Shown piece after piece: positions 56,303 through 64,000 of a stretch of 64,000 nt of DNA. The notes beneath the pieces were generated by a model, which searched no databases, was not told the origin of the DNA, and saw only the letters and a list, made by a program, of their open reading frames with translations. The DNA lies in assembly GCA_042219045.1 (NCBI GenBank), contig JBDGQO010000003.1, forward strand, positions 14,193-78,192, given 5' to 3'. Numbering within the stretch: position 1 is the first letter of the stretch; every line of letters starts with the position of its first letter. This DNA is from Candidatus Bipolaricaulia bacterium. Its GTDB lineage: Bacteria > Bipolaricaulota > Bipolaricaulia > RBG-16-55-9. The translations under genes were made by a program, and so were the position numbers.

Positions 56303-58495
56303 CTAGGCCGTCAAGCTCTGCGGATCGACGTCGACCTTGATCGACGACGGGAAACGTCCCTCACGAAGGTGGTTATCGAGCGCTTCGAGCGTCGGACTGA
56401 AACGTTTGGTCTTGACCACCAGTTGCCAACGGAAAATGCCGCGCAGCCGATAGGGCAACGCACGGAACGGGCCCAGCAATTCCGTTCCTTTGCCGAGTGT
56501 ATCCTCGAGGAGTGAGTGAAGCGCCTCGGCGCCCTCGCGAGCTCGGGCCTCGTTGGCGTCCTCGCTCGTCAGCTTAACGAGCCGTGTGTAAGGCGGATAG
56601 CCGAGCGCCTCGCGATACATGGATTCCTCTTCGAAGAATGCCGCATAGTCGCTGCGGGTTGCATGACCCACGGCGTAGTGGTCGGGATGGTTGGTCTGGA
56701 TCAGCACCTGACCGCGGCGACCGCCGCGTCCCGCACGCCCGATCGCCTGGCTGATCAGTTGGAACGTCCGTTCGCCGGAGCGGAAGTCCGGCACGTCGAG
56801 GAGCGTGTCGGCCGAGAGGACGCCGACGAGCGTCGCATTGGGAAAGTCCAAGCCCAAGCCGATCATCTGGGTTCCCAACAGAACGTCGATTTCCCCCTGG
56901 CGAAAGCCTTCCAGAAGGCGACCATGCTCACCGCGCCCGACAGTGTCGGAGTCCATGCGGGCCAGACGGGCCTCGGGAAACGTCGCGCGGAGGGCGTGTT
57001 CGGCCTGTTCCGTGCCGCGCCCCAGAAAGACCAAGTCGCTGGAGCCGCACGATCGACAGCTCCCGCGAGCTGGGTAATCCTGACCGCAGGTGTGGCAGAC
57101 CAGGCGCTGCCCGCGTGAGTGATAGACGAGGGCGATCTCGCACTGGGGACACGTCTGCGTCGTTCGGCACCCGCGACAGAGCACACACGTGGCGAATCCA
57201 CGGCGATTGAGCAACAGCATGGCCTGCTCGCCGCGCTCGAGGCGCTCCCGCAGTACGCCTTCGAGGCGCGGGCTCAAAACACGGTCCTGACCACCCAGAT
57301 CGACGATCTCGGCAGTCGGCGGCGTCCCGCCAACGACACGTTCGGTGAGCTCCAGTTTCTGCAGGCTACCGCGGTGTGCTCGGTCGAAGGTCTCGACGGC
57401 GGGCGTGGCGCTGCCGAGCACGACTGTCGAGCCCTCCAGTTCACCCCGCTTGAGGGCCACCTCGCGGGCGTGGTAGCGGGGCTGTGGGTCGTCCTGCTTG
57501 TACGTCGCTTCGTGCTCTTCGTCAACGACGATCAGACCGAGGTCCGTCACGGGCGCAAAGATCGCGGCACGCACGCCGACGGCGACTTGCGCCTCGCCGT
57601 CGATGAGCCGCGTCCACTCGCGGTCGCGTTGGGCATCGGTGAGCCCACTGTGATAGAGCGCGATGGCGTCGCCGAATCGAGAGCCCAGTCGCGCAATGAG
57701 TTGGGGGGTCAGCGAGATCTCGGGGACGACGACGACCGCACCTCGATTCCGTTCCAGCGCGTGCTGCACGGCTTGGAGATACACCTCCGTCTTTCCGCTA
57801 GCGTTGATCCCGTGCAGCAGGAACCGACCTCGTCGGCGATCGATGGCCGCCCGAATCGTCTCCAGGGCCTGGTGCTGCTCGCCCGTGAGCGAGACCTCGG
57901 GCACGTCTTCGCTAAACAGAGACGCCACGTGATGGAGCAGCGTTTGCGCTTCGACGACGATGGCCCCCTTGGCCTGCAGCGACTTGAGCGGTCCCGACGT
58001 GCAGCCGACTTCCCGCAACAACGCCGACCGCTCCGGAGCGGCTTCGTGCGCGATCAACGTCTCCAACAGCGTCGCCTGTTGAGGGGCCCGCTGTCGGAGC
58101 TTGTCGATTAACGCGAGCGTGTCGGCGAGCGATTGGTTTAAGCGAACGTGACGGCGCGTCTGCGGCGAGCGGCGCAGCAGTCGCGCCGGCGCCATCGCCT
58201 GGAGCACGAGGCCGAGCGGTGAGAGATAACGACGGCTGATCCAGTCGGCAAGCGCCAATTGGGCTTCGTCCAGCGTGGGTCCGGTGTCAATCGCCGACTG
58301 GATCGACTTCAATTGCCCGGAGAACTCGCTTTGGGTCTTTAACGCCACGACCGTCGCGTCGAGCGCCTCGTTGCGAAACGGGACCCGCACGCGCATGCCG
58401 ACGTTGATGGTTCCCCGGAGTTGTTCCGGAACCGCGTAGTCGAACGTCCGGCGGACGTCGCGCGGCACGGCCACTTCAGCGATGGAGGTAGGCAT
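56303..58495 (-). CDS. priA: Primosomal protein N' (replication restart helicase)
   Basis: GINASGKTEVY, VPEISLTPQ, DEEHE, LGSATP, LNRRGF, four CxxC pairs, GLDFPN, QAIGRAGR. Confidence 0.97.
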   Translation of the reverse strand: MPTSIAEVAVPRDVRRTFDYAVPEQLRGTINVGMRVRVPFRNEALDATVVALKTQSEFSGQLKSIQSAIDTGPTLDEAQLALADWISRRYLSPLGLVLQAMAPARLLRRSPQTRRHVRLNQSLADTLALIDKLRQRAPQQATLLETLIAHEAAPERSALLREVGCTSGPLKSLQAKGAIVVEAQTLLHHVASLFSEDVPEVSLTGEQHQALETIRAAIDRRRGRFLLHGINASGKTEVYLQAVQHALERNRGAVVVVPEISLTPQLIARLGSRFGDAIALYHSGLTDAQRDREWTRLIDGEAQVAVGVRAAIFAPVTDLGLIVVDEEHEATYKQDDPQPRYHAREVALKRGELEGSTVVLGSATPAVETFDRAHRGSLQKLELTERVVGGTPPTAEIVDLGGQDRVLSPRLEGVLRERLERGEQAMLLLNRRGFATCVLCRGCRTTQTCPQCEIALVYHSRGQRLVCHTCGQDYPARGSCRSCGSSDLVFLGRGTEQAEHALRATFPEARLARMDSDTVGRGEHGRLLEGFRQGEIDVLLGTQMIGLGLDFPNATLVGVLSADTLLDVPDFRSGERTFQLISQAIGRAGRGGRRGQVLIQTNHPDHYAVGHATRSDYAAFFEEESMYREALGYPPYTRLVKLTSEDANEARAREGAEALHSLLEDTLGKGTELLGPFRALPYRLRGIFRWQLVVKTKRFSPTLEALDNHLREGRFPSSIKVDVDPQSLTA

Positions 58496-58522
58496 GCGAT
58501 CAGGCTACCAGATCAAGGACGC

Positions 58523-59203
58523 TCACTCAGTGGGCTGGACTTGGCCATCATGGAGCCGTATCGAGCGCTCGGCTCGTGCGGCCGCCTGGACGTCATGTGT
58601 CGCGAGCACGATGGCGATGCCGTCGTCGTGGAGGTCGTTCAGCAGATCGAGGATCGTCGCGCCCGTGGCGCTGTCGAGGTTGCCGGTCGGCTCGTCGGCC
58701 AACAGCAAATCGGGCTCGCCCACGAGCGCCCGCGCCAGCGCGACCCGCTGCTGCTCCCCGCCGGACAGTTCGCTCGGCTGATGGTCGAGACGTTGCGACA
58801 ATCCGACGTGATCGAGCTTGTTACGGGCGCGCTCTTGGCGTTCCTGGGGCGACATTCCTTTGAACAACAACGGCAAAGCGGCGTTCTCCAGCGCCGTGAG
58901 CGTCGGGACCAATTGGAACGTCTGGAAGACGAAGCCGACGTGCTCCGCCCGCCAGTCGGCCAGTTGGGTGCCATTCAAGGTTGACAGATCTTGGGTTCGA
59001 TAGCGAACTCGGCCATCGCTGGGCACGTCGAGGCCACCCAGAAGATGGAGCAGCGTCGACTTGCCCGACCCCGACGGGCCCACAAGTGCCAAGAATTCGC
59101 CATCCTCCAAGACAAGATCGACGGATTGCACGGCGCGAACGGTTGAACGCCCGAGCCGATAGAGTTTCGATACCCGCTCACAGGCCAGCAACGGCGCCGT
59201 CAT
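58523..59203 (-). CDS. ABC transporter ATP-binding protein (LolD/MacB-like)
   Basis: GPSGSGKST, GFVFQ, LSGGEQQRVALARAL, LADEPTGNLD, THD. Confidence 0.92.
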   Translation of the reverse strand: MTAPLLACERVSKLYRLGRSTVRAVQSVDLVLEDGEFLALVGPSGSGKSTLLHLLGGLDVPSDGRVRYRTQDLSTLNGTQLADWRAEHVGFVFQTFQLVPTLTALENAALPLLFKGMSPQERQERARNKLDHVGLSQRLDHQPSELSGGEQQRVALARALVGEPDLLLADEPTGNLDSATGATILDLLNDLHDDGIAIVLATHDVQAAARAERSIRLHDGQVQPTE

Positions 59204-60662
59204 GGCACGCTCCGTCGGCGTCGATGACGCCTAGACTGACCAGATGCTCGCGGTCGTTGAACCGGACGAGGTGATCCTTGTACATGAGCGCCCGCTCGTG
59301 GCCCTTGCCCGCGATCAGCACGACGTCACCCGGACGGGCTGACGCAACGGCCCGTTCGATGGCGTCACCGCGATCGGCGATGCGCTCATAGCAGGCCCTC
59401 GCTGGGATGCCACTCTCGATCTGGTCGAGGATGTCGTCGGGGTCCTCGCTCTTCGGGTTGTCGCCGGTCACGATGGTGAAATCCGACACCCGAGTGCTGA
59501 GCGCCCCCATCATGGGGCGCTTCTCGCGGTCCGCGTCGCCGCCACAGCCGAAGACCGTGATGAGACGCCCGCGCTCAGGTTTGAGCGTCCGAAGGGCGTG
59601 TTCCAGGGAGTCCGGCGAGTGGGCAAAGTCGATCACCACGCTCACCCCCTGCGAGGTCCGGTATCGTTCCATTCGGCCTTCGATGCGTTCGACCCGTTCC
59701 AGGCGGGCCTTGAGCGTCTCCAACGACAGACCGCGAGCCAGGCCGACCCCGAGGGCTGCCAACGTGTTGCGTACATAGATCCGGCCTGGCCAGCGGATGC
59801 CTATGGGAATCGCCCCCGTTGGCCCATGGGCGACGATCGACGTGCCGTCGCTCCGTTCATCGACGATCTCGGCCCAGAGGTCGGCCTCCGGAGTCAAGCC
59901 GAACGTCAGCACGTGGGCATCTGTGGATCGGATCGCGCGATCGGCGGAGGGATCGTCTCGGTTGACGAGGGCGGTGGCCTTGGGCTTGAGGCCGCGAAAC
60001 AGCGATCGTTTGGCGTCCAGATATCGCTCCATGGTGCCGAAGTAGTCGAGATGATCGTGGCTCAAATTGGTGAACACCGCGACGTCCACGTCCGTGCCGC
60101 GCAGCCGTTCTTGAGCCAAGCCGTGCGCGGAGGCTTCCAGCACGAGGTTGCGACTCCCTGTATCGCGCGCCTCACGGGCGACACGTTGGATATCGAGCGA
60201 GCTCGGCGTCGTCTCCTCGCGGTCTCGACGGAGCGCGTTCGTGATCGTGGTGATCAGTTCCGTCTCCTCGGAACCGAGCGCCGCGGCGCTCAAATGGGCC
60301 ACTGACGTCTTGCCCTTGGTGCCGGTGATGGCGACGGTCGTCAGTCCTTGGGTGGGATGGCCGTGGAACGCCGCGGCGAGGTCGCCCAGCGACTGTCGCG
60401 CGTTGGGCACCTGGACGTAGGGAACGGATGGCCTCAGCGGCAACGCCGCGCGGGGTCGCTGGCCCACAAGCGCCCGTGCGCCCCGGTTACACGCGTCCGT
60501 CACGAAATCATGGCCGTCGGCATCGTGTCCGGGGATGGCCACAAACAGCGACCCCGCGCCTACCGAGCGCGAGTCCTGGGCCACATCCGCAATCCACGGG
60601 TCAGAATGGCCGACGTTGGAATCCAGCGACGCGCCTTGCAAGAGCGCGGAGAGTCGCATCAT
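59178..60662 (-). CDS. murE: MurE-family Mur ligase (UDP-MurNAc-tripeptide synthetase)
   Basis: DSR..LFVAIPG..DGH, ITGTKGKTS, TTP, FTNLSHDHLDY, GRME, DFAHSPD, VFGCGG, KRP.MG, DNPK, AGKGHE. Confidence 0.9.
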   Translation of the reverse strand: MMRLSALLQGASLDSNVGHSDPWIADVAQDSRSVGAGSLFVAIPGHDADGHDFVTDACNRGARALVGQRPRAALPLRPSVPYVQVPNARQSLGDLAAAFHGHPTQGLTTVAITGTKGKTSVAHLSAAALGSEETELITTITNALRRDREETTPSSLDIQRVAREARDTGSRNLVLEASAHGLAQERLRGTDVDVAVFTNLSHDHLDYFGTMERYLDAKRSLFRGLKPKATALVNRDDPSADRAIRSTDAHVLTFGLTPEADLWAEIVDERSDGTSIVAHGPTGAIPIGIRWPGRIYVRNTLAALGVGLARGLSLETLKARLERVERIEGRMERYRTSQGVSVVIDFAHSPDSLEHALRTLKPERGRLITVFGCGGDADREKRPMMGALSTRVSDFTIVTGDNPKSEDPDDILDQIESGIPARACYERIADRGDAIERAVASARPGDVVLIAGKGHERALMYKDHLVRFNDREHLVSLGVIDADGACHDGAVAGL

Positions 60663-60698
60663 GCGGTTAACGTAATCGAGATGGGCATCCTGTCGCGA

Positions 60699-62678
60699 TC
60701 AGATGTCCAGGTTGGTCGTCATCTCCGCGTTGTCCATGATGAACTGGCGCCGCGGTCCGACGTCGCTTCCCATCAGAATGGTGAAGAGCTCTTCCGCCTC
60801 GAGGGCGTCCTCGATCTGGACCTGTTTGAGGACGCGATTCTCCGGATTGAGCGTCGTGTTCCAGAGCTCGTTCGGGTTCATCTCGCCGAGCCCCTTGAAG
60901 CGCTTCATGTCCAGCTTGCCCGTGTGCTCGGCGCGGAAGTCGGTCAGTTCCTCCTCGTCGTGGAGATGATGGAGCTGGCGCCCCTCTTTGATCTGATACA
61001 AGGGCGGCTTCGCGATGTAGATGTGCCCGCCTTCGATGAGCGGGCGGAAGTTGCGGAAAAAGAACGTCAACAACAACGTCCGGATGTGCGCCCCGTCGAC
61101 GTCGGCATCGGCCAGGATAATGATCTTGTGATAGCGGAGGTTCTCAATATTGAACTCCTCGCGGATGCCGGTGCCGAGCACGGTGATGACCGAGTTGAGT
61201 TCTTTATTGTCCAGGAGCTTGTTGAGCGGGGCCTTTTCGACGTTCAGCACCTTCCCCCGCAGCGGGAGGATGGCTTGGAACTCGCGACTGCGGCCCTGCT
61301 TGGCGCTGCCGCCGGCGGAATCGCCCTCGACGATGAACAGCTCGCACTGCTCGGGATCTTTCTCCGAGCAATCCGCCAGCTTGCCCGGTAGCGACGAGGC
61401 ATTCAGCACGCCCTTGCGCCGCACCAGCTGCCGGGCCTTTTTGGCGGCAATGCGGGCATGGGCAGCCTGGACGGCCTTCTCCAAAATGGGCCGTGCGACC
61501 CCAGGATTGTTGTTCAGATACATCATGAGATGCTCGCGCGACACGCTGAGCATCTTCTCGTGGACCTCGGGATTACCGAGCTTGGTTTTGGTCTGTCCCT
61601 CAAACTGCGGGTCACCTAGCTTGACCGAGATGATCGCCGTAAGCCCTTCGCGGACGTCGCGGCCCTCCAGGTTGTCTTCGTCCTGGGTAATGATGCGCTT
61701 TTCCCGGCCGTATTCGTTGAACGTCCGGGTCAACGCCGACTTGAACCCCGTTAGGTGCGTGCCGCCTTCCTTGGTGTTGATGTTGTTGGCGAAGGCGAAG
61801 ACGTGTTCGTCGAAGCCATGTGTGAACTGCATGGCGACTTCCATGACGAGGTCGTCTGTCTCGGCACTGAAATAGATGGGCTCATCGTGGAGCACGTCCT
61901 TGCCCTCGTTCAGCTTCTGGACGAACTCCGCGATGCCGCCGTCGAATTGGAATTCCTTGTGCGTGCCAGCATCCTCGTTGATGAAGTTGATCTTGAGCCC
62001 CGGATTGAGGTACGCCAGCTCGCGCAACCGCATCGAAACCCGGCTGACGTCGTACTGGATCTCCTCAAAAATCTCCTCATCGGGCATGAAGGTGATGGTC
62101 GTTCCGCGACCGTCCGTCGGGCCGACGGTTTCCAGGTCACCGGCTGTAAAGCCGCGGGAGAAGCGCTGGCGATAATAGGTTCCATTCCGCTGGATCTCGA
62201 CGAGCACCTCTTCAGACAGTGCGGTCACGACCGACACGCCTACGCCGTGGAGGCCGCCGCTGACCTGATAGCTTTTATGGTCGAACTTGCCGCCCGCGTG
62301 GAGCTTGGTCATGACCAGCTCCAGGGCCGTCAGACCCTCTTCGTGCATGTCCACGGGGATGCCGCGTCCGTTGTCGCTGACCGTTACCCGGTCATCCGGG
62401 TGGATGGTCACGGTGATCTCGTCGCAGTAGCCGCCGAGCGCCTCGTCGATGGCGTTGTCCAGGACCTCCCAGATCAGGTGCATCAGCCCGTCGGGGCCCG
62501 TGCCGCCGATGTACATCCCAGGGCGCTTGCGCACCGCTTCCAGGTCCTTGAGAACCTGGATGCTCTCGGCTCCGTAGCCGTCACCAGTGGGTGCATGAGT
62601 CTCGGCACCGTTCTGGGCGTGCTGGGCTTGCTCGGCGTTCATTAATTGCTCGTCCGTGGATGGGTCGTTCGTGGACAT
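60699..62678 (-). CDS. gyrB: DNA gyrase subunit B
   Basis: EAVRKRPGMYIG, DNGRGIP, GGLHGVG, VEGDSAGG, PLRGK, DADVDG, RFKGLGEM, C-terminal NLDI; short form without the large insertion; parE not excluded. Confidence 0.9.
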   Translation of the reverse strand: MSTNDPSTDEQLMNAEQAQHAQNGAETHAPTGDGYGAESIQVLKDLEAVRKRPGMYIGGTGPDGLMHLIWEVLDNAIDEALGGYCDEITVTIHPDDRVTVSDNGRGIPVDMHEEGLTALELVMTKLHAGGKFDHKSYQVSGGLHGVGVSVVTALSEEVLVEIQRNGTYYRQRFSRGFTAGDLETVGPTDGRGTTITFMPDEEIFEEIQYDVSRVSMRLRELAYLNPGLKINFINEDAGTHKEFQFDGGIAEFVQKLNEGKDVLHDEPIYFSAETDDLVMEVAMQFTHGFDEHVFAFANNINTKEGGTHLTGFKSALTRTFNEYGREKRIITQDEDNLEGRDVREGLTAIISVKLGDPQFEGQTKTKLGNPEVHEKMLSVSREHLMMYLNNNPGVARPILEKAVQAAHARIAAKKARQLVRRKGVLNASSLPGKLADCSEKDPEQCELFIVEGDSAGGSAKQGRSREFQAILPLRGKVLNVEKAPLNKLLDNKELNSVITVLGTGIREEFNIENLRYHKIIILADADVDGAHIRTLLLTFFFRNFRPLIEGGHIYIAKPPLYQIKEGRQLHHLHDEEELTDFRAEHTGKLDMKRFKGLGEMNPNELWNTTLNPENRVLKQVQIEDALEAEELFTILMGSDVGPRRQFIMDNAEMTTNLDI

Positions 62679-62875
62679 GGCTCACCCCCGCAAGGTTCGT
62701 TCCTTCACTAACAACGCTTCCCGAACCGCATGTTTCACTCGTTCGCGGGTCACGGTTGACGATTCTATAAAGATGCTCAGATTTTACCGAATTTCGCATC
62801 AGAAGGCAAAAGACATGCGTCCGGATCGATTCCGGGATTTGCCGTCACCGCCCACCTCGCCTACGATGAGGCACC

Positions 62876-63649
62876 ATGCTCCTCACACTCAAAATCGGCA
62901 ACACAACCATCGCCGCCGGCGTGTTCCGTGGAAGCGAACTCTGTGCCGAGTGGCATGTGGCGACGCGCTATGACGCCACGCCCGACGAATTGGGCATGGC
63001 GTTCGTCCAATATTTGGATGCGCATGGGGTCGATAAGGGCGCGTTGGACGACGTCATGATCAGCTCCGTGGTGCCGCCGCTCAACTGGGCCCTGTCGTTG
63101 GCCTGTCGGAGTTACCTGAACCTGGATCCGACGTATCTGTCCGCGGATTGGAACCTGATGCCGCTCGAGGTGCGAGAGCCGGAACGGGTCGGCTCGGATC
63201 GGCTGGCCGACTGCCTGGCGGCCTACGACCAGTACGGCGGCCCCTTGTTGGTCATCGACTTCGGCACGGCGACGACGTTCAATCTGATCGGCGAAGATGG
63301 GGCGTTCCTTGGTGGCGCCATCGGGCCGACCATGGAACTGGCCTCCGAAACGCTCACCCGACGGACGGCGCAGCTGTTCAAGATCGAGTTGCTTCCTCCC
63401 CCAAGCGTCGTCGGCAAGGATACCGCCGAGCACCTCCAGTCGGGCATCGTCTTGGGCTTCCTCGACATGGTCCAGGGCTTGATCCAGCGTTTTCGACGGG
63501 AACATCCAGCGCCGTTGCGCGTGATCGCGACCGGGGGATGGGGCCGGTTCTTTGCGGCTCAGCTAGATGACGTTGAGATCTACGATCCCCAACTGGCGCT
63601 GAACGGGCTGCGCATCGCCTGGGAGCGCGGCGCCGGACGCACGGCCTAA
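62876..63649 (+). CDS. coaX: Type III pantothenate kinase
   Basis: IGNTT, ISSVVP, VGSDRL, VIDFGTATT, FLGGAI, IATGG. Confidence 0.93.
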   Translation: MLLTLKIGNTTIAAGVFRGSELCAEWHVATRYDATPDELGMAFVQYLDAHGVDKGALDDVMISSVVPPLNWALSLACRSYLNLDPTYLSADWNLMPLEVREPERVGSDRLADCLAAYDQYGGPLLVIDFGTATTFNLIGEDGAFLGGAIGPTMELASETLTRRTAQLFKIELLPPPSVVGKDTAEHLQSGIVLGFLDMVQGLIQRFRREHPAPLRVIATGGWGRFFAAQLDDVEIYDPQLALNGLRIAWERGAGRTA

Positions 63650-63969
63650 CGGCGTCGGGCTTGCAAGCGACGCTTGGCCCGCTCGTAGGTCTTGGCCCGA
63701 CATGCCTGCGGCATCCACGTCGTCCCGACACCCGTCCACACCTCGCAGTCCACGATCCGCTTCAGCTTGTCTTCGGGAATACGGGGCTCCTCAACGATCG
63801 TCCCGTTGGCATCGAGCAATTCGACCGGGACGCCGTCGGCGATCTTCAAATACAGCAACCGAACGCGGCTTCCCCGGCTCCGTTGGATGCGAATCCGCCG
63901 GTGGCGGACGTCGGCAATTTCGTCGACGACGTCGGCGCGGGTGACGTCCCGGAAGGGGAGCTCCCGCAT
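63646..63969 (-). CDS. Hypothetical protein
   Basis: ORF convergent with coaX, coding-like composition; start uncertain (63969 or 63993). Confidence 0.5.
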   Translation of the reverse strand: MRELPFRDVTRADVVDEIADVRHRRIRIQRSRGSRVRLLYLKIADGVPVELLDANGTIVEEPRIPEDKLKRIVDCEVWTGVGTTWMPQACRAKTYERAKRRLQARRR

Positions 63970-64000
63970 CGGGGGACCGTTGTAGCCCATCAAAGCTCAT

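Overview
GC-rich bacterial chromosomal window, mostly housekeeping, with no mobile element, prophage or CRISPR array detected by eye. Left to right it holds: the end of a peptide ABC operon, dnaB, a branched-chain amino acid ABC system, a TlpA-2xDUF3179 fusion, gcvH/PA/PB, tricorn protease, ornithine cyclodeaminase-family enzyme, rhomboid protease and ferredoxin. Next come a 7-gene MoxR/DUF58/VWA operon, rtcA, a minus-strand extracytoplasmic cluster (Mo-oxidoreductase, CHRD protein, membrane sensor-wHTH regulator, helical secreted protein, cupredoxin), an Rdx-NadM-HD operon and hisS. The right part holds tRNA-Leu(GAG)-plsX-fabH-dinB-family-fabD-fabG-acpP, a ClC channel, a PINA-like ATPase, a sigma-70 factor, priA, murE, gyrB and coaX. 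The core is clearly bacterial (dnaB, priA, murE, sigma-70, FAS II), yet several genes are of families typical of archaea (PINA, NadM, COG3294-like HD). My unverified guess is a deep-branching lineage such as Ca. Bipolaricaulota/Acetothermia. The best candidate for an undescribed system is the sensor-wHTH one-component regulator and its redox/metal gene neighbourhood (34.6-39.4 kb). Other highlights are the PINA-like ATPase, a recurring leaderless-gene promoter pattern and an atypical MurE specificity motif. All calls come from motif recognition by eye; no database searches were run. Many start codons were moved from the ORF track using RBS or promoter evidence.
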